64,000 nucleotides of DNA, taken from contig JAKPUX010000025.1 of the NCBI GenBank assembly GCA_029554865.1, positions 11,561-75,560 of the forward strand. Reading direction: 5' to 3'. This stretch comes from a bacterium. GTDB taxonomy: Bacteria > Zhuqueibacterota > Zhuqueibacteria > Residuimicrobiales > Residuimicrobiaceae. The first letter of the stretch is position 1. Each line of letters starts with the position of its first letter. The position numbers and the translations under genes were made by a program. Under the pieces are notes generated by a model. That model had not been told where the DNA came from. It was given only the letters and a program-made list of their open reading frames with translations, and did not search any database. Below, piece by piece: positions 1-10,151 of the stretch.

Positions 1-1566
1 AAAAAGCGCCGACCCAAGCCGCCGGGTACCCCGATGCTGACGCTGGACGGGCGGGTGATCATCCAGAAGGGCGGGCTGGCCGACATGGAATCCGATCACG
101 AGCCGGCGGAGGCTCCCGGTGAAGCCCGCAAGGGTCGTCCGGCGGCGGAACCGCCTAAACCCGCACGCGCGGCTGCAGCCCCCGGGCGTCAGAGGGTGGC
201 GTTGCCGCATCAGCCTGGCATGAGCCGCTTCCAGGGACGGGATATTCTCTCCTACCAGATCGAGGAGCTTCTCGACGTCCCGCTCGAGGATCTCTTCGAC
301 AAACGGCTGGGCGGGGCGGCGCCGGAGGCAGAGTCCTATACGGATGAGTTCGTCGAGCCTGATGAATCCACCCAGGCTGCCGCCAGACCGGCCGCCGAGC
401 CCGATCTATCCCTTGCGGAGATGGGTTTTGAATATGCAGCCGGCGCTGGTGAAAAGGGGGCCCCCGTCGAGGAGGAGCTGCTGGATCTGCCCCCGGAGAT
501 CGTTCCCCTCGAGGCGGTTGCACAAGCTGAGGCCGGTAACGTGGAGAGCAATCTGCCCGAAAGGAATATCGAGCCCCCCCTGCCGGAGCCGGGGCTGGAG
601 CTGCGTGATGATGAAGATGATCTCACCAGCGACGATCTCGATTTTGCGGATATTCTCGAGACCGGGGGCGGGCTTGAGGATCCCTTCGCGCTTCGCGAGG
701 AGGGCAGGAGATTCCCGGCCGCGCCGATGGAAGAGGCGGTCGTCCTTCCCGCCGCCGAACCGGAGAGGGAGGATTTCAACCCACCCCAGGAGGATGCCGA
801 TCCGGCGCTGCGCGACATCTTTGAGGAGTTTCTCGAGATCGATGAAGAGGCCGGCCTGATTTCCGAAAGTGGCGAGCTGGAGAACGAGATCATCGAGCAG
901 ATATTGCAGAACGAGATCGCCTCGCGGATGAACTGGCAGGTCGGGGAGCAGGAGGGCGCCGGGCCGGACCTGGCGGGGCAATGGCAGCTGGAGGAGGCGG
1001 CCGGCGAGGTTGGTCATGCCGAGGAGGAGATAAAGGACCAGCATCGCCTCTCTTTCGACGAGCTCATCGATCTGCTCAGTGCCGAGAAGAATGGCGGGAA
1101 GGAGTGGCCGGAGCCGGGCCTCGAGGCGGCGGAACGGGCGAGGAGTTCGGAGGGGGGAGGAAGTGCCGCGGCGCCGGCCCATACTGATGATCCCGACCGC
1201 GACCGCGCCTACGCCAATGCCCTCAGCCGTTTTCTGAACGAGGAGTACAGGCAATCGATCGAAATCTGCTCGGAGATTCTGGCGCGAGACGGCGGCGATA
1301 CCCAGGTGCGCGTGCTGCTGGGGCAATCCTATTTCCGCGCCAACGCTTTCCGTGAATCGGCGCGGGAGTTTCAGCGCATTCTCAAGATCGATCCACGCAA
1401 CAAGGAGGCGCATGAGAAACTGGGGGTGATTTACGCCAACCAGGGGGCGTTTCCGCGGGCCATTGCCCATTGGGAATATCTGTTGCAGCTCGCGCCGGAG
1501 CGCCGCGACATTTTTGAAAGCATCCAGAGAGCCAAGCAGTTCATCAACCAGACCGAGTCATCCTGA
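1..1566 (+). CDS. Large acidic, low-complexity protein with C-terminal TPR repeats (5' end probably outside the window)
   Basis: Frame is open from base 1. E/D/P-rich body, then TPR-like helices (LLGQSYFRANAFRESAREFQRILKIDP; KLGVIYANQGAFPRAIAHWEYLLQLAP). Confidence 0.75.
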   Translation, partial: KKRRPKPPGTPMLTLDGRVIIQKGGLADMESDHEPAEAPGEARKGRPAAEPPKPARAAAAPGRQRVALPHQPGMSRFQGRDILSYQIEELLDVPLEDLFDKRLGGAAPEAESYTDEFVEPDESTQAAARPAAEPDLSLAEMGFEYAAGAGEKGAPVEEELLDLPPEIVPLEAVAQAEAGNVESNLPERNIEPPLPEPGLELRDDEDDLTSDDLDFADILETGGGLEDPFALREEGRRFPAAPMEEAVVLPAAEPEREDFNPPQEDADPALRDIFEEFLEIDEEAGLISESGELENEIIEQILQNEIASRMNWQVGEQEGAGPDLAGQWQLEEAAGEVGHAEEEIKDQHRLSFDELIDLLSAEKNGGKEWPEPGLEAAERARSSEGGGSAAAPAHTDDPDRDRAYANALSRFLNEEYRQSIEICSEILARDGGDTQVRVLLGQSYFRANAFRESAREFQRILKIDPRNKEAHEKLGVIYANQGAFPRAIAHWEYLLQLAPERRDIFESIQRAKQFINQTESS

Positions 1567-1599
1567 CCCTGGGCGCCCCTGACTTGCTGGATATTTTTG

Positions 1600-1628
1600 T
1601 TGACTATTAGAGGCATAAAGGCTATATT
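1600..1628 (+). promoter_or_regulatory. Sigma70-type promoter
   Basis: TTGACT-17 nt-TATATT upstream of the STAS gene. Confidence 0.6.
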
Positions 1629-1753
1629 TGTCTGCTGGAAGAACTCGTCCGGACGGGGTATCTGGTGGGATGGCGTGCTTTCGACTCGACATTGCGGTTA
1701 CAGTCTTGCGCCCAGTTCCTGCAATCGCGAAATAATCTTGATGGAGATTCAAA

Positions 1754-2416
1754 ATGGAAGGCATCCAATTGTCAGTGGAGAAGACGGGAACTAAAAACAG
1801 TGTATCGATCATCAAGGTTGGCGGATATATTGACACCACCACATCATCGGAACTGGAACACGCCCTGAGCACTCTTCTCAAGGCGGGATCATACAATATC
1901 ATCATCGACCTGGGCAATGTCGATTACGTCAGCAGCGCGGGCTGGGGCATCTTCATCAGCGAGATCAAGGGGATCCGCGAAAAGGGCGGTGATCTCAAAC
2001 TGGTGCGCATGATCCCTGAAGTCTATGAGGTTTTCGAGCTGCTTGAGTTCCACTATATCCTCAAGGCCTGCGACAGCATTGACGAGGCTATAAAGGATTT
2101 CGAGCGCACCCTGGGTCCAGTCACCGAGGGGAGCAAGGTCGCCGAAGTGGATATGGAGGCGGCGCACTCCCGGGGCGGCAGCGAGCGCCGCGAGAGCGCT
2201 CCCCGGCCGGAGAGCGGCAGGGCCGACAATCTGGAAGAGAAGATTCGCAAGATCATCGGACAGGATCCCGAGATCGGCACCATCCAGCTCATCAGGACCC
2301 TGAATACGCCGGAGCATGGCAATATCCGTCTCGGCTGGTTTGCGATGCGCAAGCTCTTGAAAAAAAGCGGTCTGGACAGCAAAAAAGGTCGGGCCCTTCT
2401 CAGCTCCGGACGCTGA
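1754..2416 (+). CDS. STAS-domain anti-sigma factor antagonist with extra C-terminal helical/wHTH-like domain
   Basis: VGGYIDTTT...IIIDLGNVDYVSSAGWG matches the SpoIIAA/RsbV motif, including the phosphoacceptor Ser; about 100 aa C-terminal extension. Confidence 0.85.
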   Translation: MEGIQLSVEKTGTKNSVSIIKVGGYIDTTTSSELEHALSTLLKAGSYNIIIDLGNVDYVSSAGWGIFISEIKGIREKGGDLKLVRMIPEVYEVFELLEFHYILKACDSIDEAIKDFERTLGPVTEGSKVAEVDMEAAHSRGGSERRESAPRPESGRADNLEEKIRKIIGQDPEIGTIQLIRTLNTPEHGNIRLGWFAMRKLLKKSGLDSKKGRALLSSGR

Positions 2417-2467
2417 CGCGCGCCTGCGCGGCACCAATTCCCGGGTGGCGGCACGGCCTCTGCATAA

Positions 2468-3511
<1,044 letters not shown>

Positions 3512-3532
3512 CGCCTTCCAACAGGAGGTGCT

Positions 3533-4624
3533 ATGGAATCTGCTACCCCCGAATTAATCAGTTTATGGAATACCCCGGGGATTGGACCGCAGCGGCTGCG
3601 CAGCCTGATCGAGCGCTTCGGCAGCGGCCGGGCGGTCTATGCCGCCTCCACCCGGCAGTTGTGCGAGGTTGAGGGCATAGACCAGGCGACGGCCGCCAAG
3701 ATCAAGGCCAATAGAGATCTGGAGGGGGCAACCCGGGAGCTGGAACGGACCCGCAAGGCAGGTGTGACCGTCCTTTCCCTCTGGGATGCGGCCTATCCGG
3801 AGATGCTCCGTCCCCTCTACGATTTGCCGGTGATTCTGTTCGTCCAGGGCGATCTGGAGGCGCTCTCGGCCAGGGCGGTGGCGGTGGTCGGTACGCGCGT
3901 TCCCAGCGAGTACGGGCAGATTGTCGCCCGCAAGCTGACGCGGGAGCTGGTCCAGCGTGGTCTGGTCATTGTCAGCGGCCTGGCCCGCGGCATCGATACC
4001 ATCGCCCACCATGAGGCGGTTACGCAGGGCGGGCGGACTGTTGCAGTGCTCGGTTCAGGTCTCGATCAGATCTATCCCGGCGAGAACCGCCGGTTGGCGC
4101 GGATGATCACGGAACACGGCGCCCTGATCTCGGAGTATCTCCTCGGCACCCAGCCGGATGCCCCCCATTTTCCCCGCCGCAACCGGATCATCGCCGGCCT
4201 CGCTGCAGCCACCCTGGTGGTTGAGGCCGGCGAGGGCAGCGGGGCGCTGATCACCGCGGATGACGCCCTGGAGTACAACCGTGAGGTTATGGCGGTTCCG
4301 GGCAATATCACCAATCCGCGGGCGTATGGGTGCAACCACCTCATCCAGCAGGGGGCCAAGCTGGTGCAAAGGGTGGAGGATATCCTGGTGGAGATCGGCA
4401 TGGCGGAGGAGCCGCCGCAGAGCCGGCAGCTCGAGCTGCCGGGGGTGGGGATTTCGGCTGACGAGGAAAAGCTTTTAGGGGTTCTCAGCCAGGAGCCCCG
4501 GCATGTGGATGAGATCGCTCAGGTGCTGGGCAGGCCGGTTTCCACAGTTCTGGCCCAGCTTCTCGAGCTGGAGTTGAAGAGTCTCGTCAACCAGCTGCCG
4601 GGGAAGAAATTTGTGCGCGCCTGA
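3533..4624 (+). CDS. dprA: DNA-processing protein DprA
   Basis: VAVVGTR, VSGLARGID, FPRRNRIIAG, GALITA; C-terminal winged helix; AGGAGG RBS. Confidence 0.95.
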   Translation: MESATPELISLWNTPGIGPQRLRSLIERFGSGRAVYAASTRQLCEVEGIDQATAAKIKANRDLEGATRELERTRKAGVTVLSLWDAAYPEMLRPLYDLPVILFVQGDLEALSARAVAVVGTRVPSEYGQIVARKLTRELVQRGLVIVSGLARGIDTIAHHEAVTQGGRTVAVLGSGLDQIYPGENRRLARMITEHGALISEYLLGTQPDAPHFPRRNRIIAGLAAATLVVEAGEGSGALITADDALEYNREVMAVPGNITNPRAYGCNHLIQQGAKLVQRVEDILVEIGMAEEPPQSRQLELPGVGISADEEKLLGVLSQEPRHVDEIAQVLGRPVSTVLAQLLELELKSLVNQLPGKKFVRA

Positions 4625-4657
4625 GGGCAAACGAATGAGGTTCTATGCAAATAATGT

Positions 4658-4686
4658 TTGACTATCTTTTTAATTATTTGTAAATT
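4658..4686 (+). promoter_or_regulatory. Promoter of tRNA-Ser pair
   Basis: TTGACT-17 nt-TAAATT immediately upstream of the tRNA. Confidence 0.65.
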
Positions 4687-4697
4687 GACATCTGCCG

Positions 4698-4781
4698 GGA
4701 GGGATAGACCTAACAGGCAAGGCAGCGGTCTTGAAAACCGCCGGGCGCAAGCCCTTGGGGGTTCGAATCCCCCTCCCTCCG
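4698..4781 (+). tRNA. tRNA-Ser(TGA)
   Basis: Acceptor GGAGGGA/TCCCTCC, anticodon arm GCGGT-CTTGAAA-ACCGC, long variable arm, GGTTCGAATCC; no CCA encoded. Confidence 0.93.
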
Positions 4782-4817
4782 CTTCATGAGGTCGATTCCC
4801 GGCGAAGACATATTTTC

Positions 4818-4906
4818 GGAGAGGTGCCGGAGTGGCTGAACGGGGCGGCCTGCTAAGCCGTTGTAGGGGGTAACCCCTACCCAGGGTTCGAATCCCTGCC
4901 TCTCCG
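4818..4906 (+). tRNA. tRNA-Ser(GCT)
   Basis: GGAGAGG/CCTCTCC acceptor, CTGCTAA anticodon loop, long variable arm, T-arm. Confidence 0.95.
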
Positions 4907-4910
4907 CAAC

Positions 4911-4938
4911 AAAAAATGGCGAAATTCGCCATTTTTTT
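4911..4938 (+). terminator. Intrinsic terminator
   Basis: AAAAAATGGCGAA-A-TTCGCCATTTTTTT inverted repeat with T tract. Confidence 0.8.
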
Positions 4939-4971
4939 GTGAGAGTCAACGAACCAGCAGAAGGATTGGTT

Positions 4972-6495
4972 GTGGCCAAGACAAGAGTGCGATTCGCCCC
5001 GAGTCCGACGGGATTTGTTCATATCGGCAGTCTGCGCACAGCGCTCTACAACTATCTCTACGCGCGCAATCAGGGCGGTGATTTCATTCTGCGCATCGAG
5101 GATACAGACCGCGAACGGTTTGTGGAGGGGGCGGTCGAGAATCTGATTTCAGTGCTCGAGTGGGCGGGGTTACGCCCAGACGAGGGCCCGCGCTGGGGCG
5201 GAGCCTGTGGCCCCTATTTTCAGTCCGAGCGCACAGAGACCTACCGCCATTATGCCCAGGAGCTGCTCAAGAAAGGGTATGCCTACTACTCCTTTGATAC
5301 GCCGGCGGATATCGAAGCGATGCGCGCGCGCGCCAAGGCAGCGGGGAATCCCTATGCCAAGTACAATTTCGCCAACCGGATGGAGATGCGCAACAGTTTG
5401 AGCCTCCCGCCCGCAGAGGTCGAGGAGGCGATCGCGGACGGCACCCCCTACGCCATCCGCCTGCTCGTTCCGGAGGGGCGCAAGTTCGAGGTTGAGGATG
5501 AGGTTCGCGGCCATGTGGTTTTTGACAGCAAGGAGGTGGATGACCAGGTGCTGCTCAAGTCGGATGGCTATCCGACCTATCACCTGGCCAATGTCGTGGA
5601 TGATCATCTCATGGAGATCACCCATGTCATCCGCGGCGAGGAGTGGCTGAGTTCCGTGCCCAAGCACCTGCTGCTGTACGAGTATTTCGGCTGGCAGCCG
5701 CCGAAGATGGCCCATCTGCCGCTGATTTTTAATCCCGACGGCAGCAAGATGAGCAAACGGGACATCCAGTCCCTGGAGGCTTTGCCCCCCGGCAAGGTCG
5801 ATCCCGATGTCGCCTCCTATATCCGCAGGGGGTATGAAAAGTCGGCCATCCTCAACTGCATTGCGCTGCTCGGCTGGAATCCCGGGGAGGGGGATGACCG
5901 TCAGGTTTTTTCCCTCGATGAGCTGGTACAGGAGTTTTCTCTTGGCCGCATCAACAAGTCGGCGGCGATTTTTGATCTTAAAAAGCTCAACTGGCTCAAC
6001 AAGGAGCACATCATGAGGCGCTCCCCCGAGTCGATCGCGGCTGCCGTGCGTGCCATGCCCGAGGCGGAGGCCCTGGGAGAGATCGATCAGGCCTATCTGC
6101 TCGGGGTTGTCGGGCTGCTGCATGAGCGCCTCCATTTCATCGGCGATTTCTGGAGGATGGCCGGCTACTTCTTCAAGGATCCGGAGAGCTATGAGGCGGA
6201 AGCCCTGCAGAAGCGCTGGAGCCCGGAAACCGCTCCGTTGCTTCAGGAACTGAGCCGCGAGTTCGAAGCCGCCGGGGTTTTTGCCGCGGCGGAGATCGAG
6301 CAGGCCTTGCGTACTGTGGCGGAGCGGCATGATCTCAAGGGGAGCCTGCTCATTCACCCGCTCCGCCTGGCGGTCACCGGCCTCAGCGTCGGACCGGGGT
6401 TGTTCGAGCTGATGGAACTCCTCGGCCGGGAGACGGTGCTGCGCCGCCTGACCCTGGCCATCAAGCAAGTACCTATGATATTAGGGATCGGATAA
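4972..6495 (+). CDS. gltX: Glutamate--tRNA ligase
   Basis: [14 protein letters not shown] (HIGH motif), LRIEDTD, KMSKR; GTG 4972 after GAAGGA chosen as start. Confidence 0.97.
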   Translation: MAKTRVRFAPSPTGFVHIGSLRTALYNYLYARNQGGDFILRIEDTDRERFVEGAVENLISVLEWAGLRPDEGPRWGGACGPYFQSERTETYRHYAQELLKKGYAYYSFDTPADIEAMRARAKAAGNPYAKYNFANRMEMRNSLSLPPAEVEEAIADGTPYAIRLLVPEGRKFEVEDEVRGHVVFDSKEVDDQVLLKSDGYPTYHLANVVDDHLMEITHVIRGEEWLSSVPKHLLLYEYFGWQPPKMAHLPLIFNPDGSKMSKRDIQSLEALPPGKVDPDVASYIRRGYEKSAILNCIALLGWNPGEGDDRQVFSLDELVQEFSLGRINKSAAIFDLKKLNWLNKEHIMRRSPESIAAAVRAMPEAEALGEIDQAYLLGVVGLLHERLHFIGDFWRMAGYFFKDPESYEAEALQKRWSPETAPLLQELSREFEAAGVFAAAEIEQALRTVAERHDLKGSLLIHPLRLAVTGLSVGPGLFELMELLGRETVLRRLTLAIKQVPMILGIG

Positions 6496-6496
6496 G

Positions 6497-8236
6497 ATGG
6501 AAAACGTCAACGGACAGGCGGAAAGAACGGAGCAGGGCTCCGGAGAGGCGGCGGTCTCGACCGCGCCCCCCAATTTCATTCGCACTATCATCCGCGAGGA
6601 TCTCAAGACCGGCAAATATCAGGGACGGGTGCACACCCGCTTCCCGCCGGAACCCAACGGTTATCTCCACATCGGCCACGCCAAGTCAATTTGCCTCAAT
6701 TTCGGCCTTGCCCGCGAATTCGGCGGCAAGACCAATCTGCGTTATGACGACACCAATCCCGCCAAGGAGGATGTCGAGTATGTTGAATCGATTGAGGAAG
6801 ATGTCCGCTGGCTGGGCTTTGACTGGGAAGGGCGCAAGTTCTATGCCTCCGACTATTTCGAGCAGCTCTATGAGTATGCGGTGCAGCTCATCAAGCTGGG
6901 GATGGCTTATGTCTGCGATCTAAGTCCCGATGAAATCAGGGAATACCGGGGTACTCTAACAGAACCCGGCAAGAACAGCCCCTATCGCGACCGGAGCGTA
7001 GCGGAAAATCTGGATCTTTTCGAGCGCATGCGCAAGGGTGAGTTCGCGGAGGGCAGCCGTGTGCTGCGGGCGAGGATCGACATGGCCTCACCCAACCTCA
7101 ATATGCGTGATCCGGCCATCTACCGGATCAAGAAGGTCGAGCACCATCGCACCGGCGATACCTGGTGCATCTATCCCATGTACGACTATGCCCACTGTAT
7201 TTCTGATTCGATAGAAGGGATCACCCACTCCATCTGCACCCTCGAATTTGAGGATCATCGGCCGCTTTACGACTGGTTTCTCGATCAGCTCGGAATTTAC
7301 CATCCCCAGCAAATCGAATTTGCGCGGCTGAACCTCTCATATACCCTACTGAGTAAACGCAAACTGCTCCAGCTGGTGACCGAGAAACATGTCAGCGGCT
7401 GGGATGACCCGCGTATGCCGACGATCACGGGTATTCGCCGCCGCGGCTACACCCCGGAATCGATCCGCACTTTCGCCGAAATCATCGGCGTGGCCAAACG
7501 TGACAGCGTCGTCGACATCCAGCTGCTGGAGCACTGCCTGCGTGAGGATCTGAATCAGCGCGCGCCCCGGCGTATGGCGGTCCTCAATCCCCTCAGGGTG
7601 GTGATCGACAACTATCCGGAGGGAGAGTTCGAGGAGCTGGATGCCGTCAATAATCCCGAGGATCCCGCGATGGGCACACGCAAGGTGCCTTTCGGCCGGG
7701 AACTCTACATCGAGCGCGATGACTTTCGTGAAGACCCGCCGAAACAGTTCCACCGCCTCTCGCCGGGACGGGAGGTCAGGCTGCGTTATGCCTACTTTGT
7801 CACCTGCACCGGGCTGGAAAAGAACGACCAGGGAGAAGTGACAACCTTGCACTGCAGCTACGATCCTGCCTCGCGGGGCGGCGGCACGCCGGATGGACGC
7901 AAGGTGAAGGGCACCATCCACTGGGTCTCGGCTGCGCATGCCTTCAACGCGACCGTGCGTCTTTATGACAGCCTTTTCACCAGGCCAGACCCTCAGGCCA
8001 CGACGGAAGGGGAAAGTTTTCTCGACTATCTCAATCCCGACTCCCTGCGGGTGCTGACCGGCTGCAAACTAGAGCCCTCCCTGGCAGAAGCGGAGCCGGG
8101 AGCCCGGCTGCAGTTCGAACGCAACGGCTATTTCGTCGCGGATAGTGTCGATTCGAAACCAGGGGTTCCGGTATTCAACCGCACAGTAGCCCTGCGTGAC
8201 AGCTGGGCGAAAATCGAAAAGAAAATCGGCGGCTGA
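6497..8236 (+). CDS. glnS: Glutamine--tRNA ligase
   Basis: [42 protein letters not shown]. Confidence 0.97.
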   Translation: MENVNGQAERTEQGSGEAAVSTAPPNFIRTIIREDLKTGKYQGRVHTRFPPEPNGYLHIGHAKSICLNFGLAREFGGKTNLRYDDTNPAKEDVEYVESIEEDVRWLGFDWEGRKFYASDYFEQLYEYAVQLIKLGMAYVCDLSPDEIREYRGTLTEPGKNSPYRDRSVAENLDLFERMRKGEFAEGSRVLRARIDMASPNLNMRDPAIYRIKKVEHHRTGDTWCIYPMYDYAHCISDSIEGITHSICTLEFEDHRPLYDWFLDQLGIYHPQQIEFARLNLSYTLLSKRKLLQLVTEKHVSGWDDPRMPTITGIRRRGYTPESIRTFAEIIGVAKRDSVVDIQLLEHCLREDLNQRAPRRMAVLNPLRVVIDNYPEGEFEELDAVNNPEDPAMGTRKVPFGRELYIERDDFREDPPKQFHRLSPGREVRLRYAYFVTCTGLEKNDQGEVTTLHCSYDPASRGGGTPDGRKVKGTIHWVSAAHAFNATVRLYDSLFTRPDPQATTEGESFLDYLNPDSLRVLTGCKLEPSLAEAEPGARLQFERNGYFVADSVDSKPGVPVFNRTVALRDSWAKIEKKIGG

Positions 8237-8370
8237 TCAGGCGCGGCCCACGGTCAAACACAGCACCGCGGGCGTTTTCAGCGCATTCCCGGCTTTCTTC
8301 CCGGCTGAAAAATTTGCTTGAATTGTCGTAAAAAATGCGTATATTTACTGCCATCAAGCCATATCGTCCC

Positions 8371-8441
8371 TGGGGAATCGTCCAATGGCAGGACACATGA
8401 CTCTGGATCATGGTATCGGGGTTCGAATCCCTGTTCCCCAG
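8371..8441 (+). tRNA. tRNA-Gln(CTG)
   Basis: TGGGGAA/TTCCCCA acceptor, CATGA-CTCTGGA-TCATG anticodon arm. Confidence 0.95.
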
Positions 8442-8446
8442 CTCAC

Positions 8447-8482
8447 AACGGAAGGTCTCAGCTGAACCTTCCGTTTTTTTTT
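8447..8482 (+). terminator. Intrinsic terminator
   Basis: AACGGAAGGT...ACCTTCCGTT followed by a T run. Confidence 0.85.
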
Positions 8483-8676
8483 CCCCCACTCTTCCCCGCT
8501 CTCCCCTACCGGCTCTGGCACACTTATTGTATATATACAAGAATGATTCGAGCTCTTTTCGCGTCCCGTAAATAAATTCAAGTGTTTACAACAGGTTTGC
8601 TGCCCACTGCGGATGGGTGGCAGCCCCTCCGATTGCGAAATTGTTGCTCCGATGTCCCATTTTGTAACAGCAGGAG

Positions 8677-9840
8677 ATGATGTACCTCGCCAAGTGGACA
8701 CATATTGCGCTCACGCTCTGCGCGGCGTTGATGATCCTTGTGGTGCACCTCAAGCGCACCGGGACGGAGACGCCATCTGGCGGGATAGCCATGGTTCCGC
8801 TGGCCGAGATCACGGCCGGGCCGGCGCCGGTTTTCTCGATCAATGATCCTTCGCCTCAGCCTGTGATCACCGCGGCCAGGCCGTTCCGGGCTGCGCGTCC
8901 GGCTGGTGTATTAACCCCGCCTGAGCCTGCGCCGGCATTGGTATCGGCAGGAAGAGCTGGAAGTAAAGTTCCGGAGCCCGACGTGATGACCTCGCAGCCC
9001 GCGGATGCGCCTGTGCTTCCCCAGCCAGTCCTGGCGTCAGACGAAAATACGCGACCCCTTGAGAGGGCGGTAGATCATCGCCTTGAGAGTGCGGTGGCTG
9101 CTGCAGTCAAGAAAACGGCGCCACACATGGAGAGCCGCTCCGCTTCCGGTGAGGAGGTCCATCGCCAGGTCGTCGCTCTGATCAAGAGATATATTGAGGA
9201 GCAGCATGGACGGGAGGCCCGTCCGGTGGATTTGGCCAGTGCCTCCAGAATGGCTCCGCTGGGGATGTCGGCGCGGGTGGTCACCTCCCCGGGCACAGGG
9301 CGCTGGGTGCTCGGTGCATCGGCCGGCCGCCAATCCCTGGCCGGCTCCGTTCTTTGTTCGGAGCTCTATTGGGGGCGGCGACTCTCTTCAGGGCTGCAAA
9401 TCGGATTTAATCTCTCCACCAGTCTCGTGAAGGGGGTGAGCGGGGAATCCGGGGGAGGCACAACGCTGCTGCAGGGCGACCTGCAGATGCGTCTCTTTCT
9501 GCAGCCCCGGGCGAAGCTTGCACCCTTTGTCCTACTGGGGGCAGGATATGGAGAGTATCGTGAGGAGGAGTCTTCGTCCGCCGCCCCGGTCGCCATCGCC
9601 GGAGCGGGCCTGGAATACCGTTTCAGCCGGCGCCTCGGCGCACAGGTGACGGCCTCCTATGAAAAGATGCAGGTGAAGAAGCAACTGCCGGAGAGCGGGG
9701 GCAGCGGCCGCGGGGTTTGGGAACTGAAGGCGGGTCTTGTGCTGGCGATCGGCGGTCCGCGCATGATCGCCGGTCCGGTTTCGAGCGGACTGGCGGCGGC
9801 AGAATTTTCTGCCGAACAGGCGGAACATTTACCCAGATAA
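8677..9840 (+). CDS. Hypothetical protein: N-terminal TM/signal, Pro/Ala-rich linker, C-terminal outer-membrane beta-barrel-like domain
   Basis: GGAG RBS; hydrophobic N-terminus; alternating strands such as LAPFVLLGAGY, AGAGLEYRF, WELKAGLVL. Confidence 0.6.
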   Translation: MMYLAKWTHIALTLCAALMILVVHLKRTGTETPSGGIAMVPLAEITAGPAPVFSINDPSPQPVITAARPFRAARPAGVLTPPEPAPALVSAGRAGSKVPEPDVMTSQPADAPVLPQPVLASDENTRPLERAVDHRLESAVAAAVKKTAPHMESRSASGEEVHRQVVALIKRYIEEQHGREARPVDLASASRMAPLGMSARVVTSPGTGRWVLGASAGRQSLAGSVLCSELYWGRRLSSGLQIGFNLSTSLVKGVSGESGGGTTLLQGDLQMRLFLQPRAKLAPFVLLGAGYGEYREEESSSAAPVAIAGAGLEYRFSRRLGAQVTASYEKMQVKKQLPESGGSGRGVWELKAGLVLAIGGPRMIAGPVSSGLAAAEFSAEQAEHLPR

Positions 9841-10027
9841 TACGTTTATTATTCAGGCGGTACGTCCTTATCCCTCCATCGAATGCCGACCCCCCTAAGG
9901 CATTCAAAAATAAGGACGTCCGCCTTTTTTTATTCTCCGGATCGAGCAGGTGTTATCGGCGGGCGGGCTGCGAGAAAAAGCTTGAAAGGATATAGTAAAA
10001 AGTGCTACTTTATGTGCAAGCGATCGG

Positions 10028-10101
10028 GCGCTCGTAGCTCAACTGGATAGAGCTTCTGACTTCGGATCAGAAGGTTGGGGGTTCGAGTCCCTTCGGGCGC
10101 G
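10028..10101 (+). tRNA. tRNA-Arg(TCG)
   Basis: GCGCTCG/CGGGCGC acceptor, TCTGA-CTTCGGA-TCAGA anticodon arm. Confidence 0.95.
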
Positions 10102-10102
10102 C

Positions 10103-10142
10103 AAAAAAAAAAGAGCTCAAGTCATTTGAGCTCTTTTTTTTT
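10103..10142. terminator. Bidirectional intrinsic terminator
   Basis: A10-GAGCTCAA-GTCAT-TTGAGCTC-T run between convergent tRNA and CDS. Confidence 0.85.
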
Positions 10143-10151
10143 ATCTGGCGC

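Noticed and set aside
2449-2465. Sigma54-like CGGCAC-N5-CTGCA upstream of obgE
   Set aside because: Two mismatches in GC-rich sequence; easily arises by chance
4698-4781. Possible tRNA-Sec or suppressor tRNA because of TGA in the loop
   Set aside because: Anticodon TGA reads UCA (Ser); tRNA-Sec needs anticodon TCA and a longer acceptor stem, and this one is a normal 7/5 fold
4519-5022. ORFs overlapping tRNA/SRP genes (also 8175-8575, 30778-31339)
   Set aside because: Translations of structural RNA sequence, not proteins
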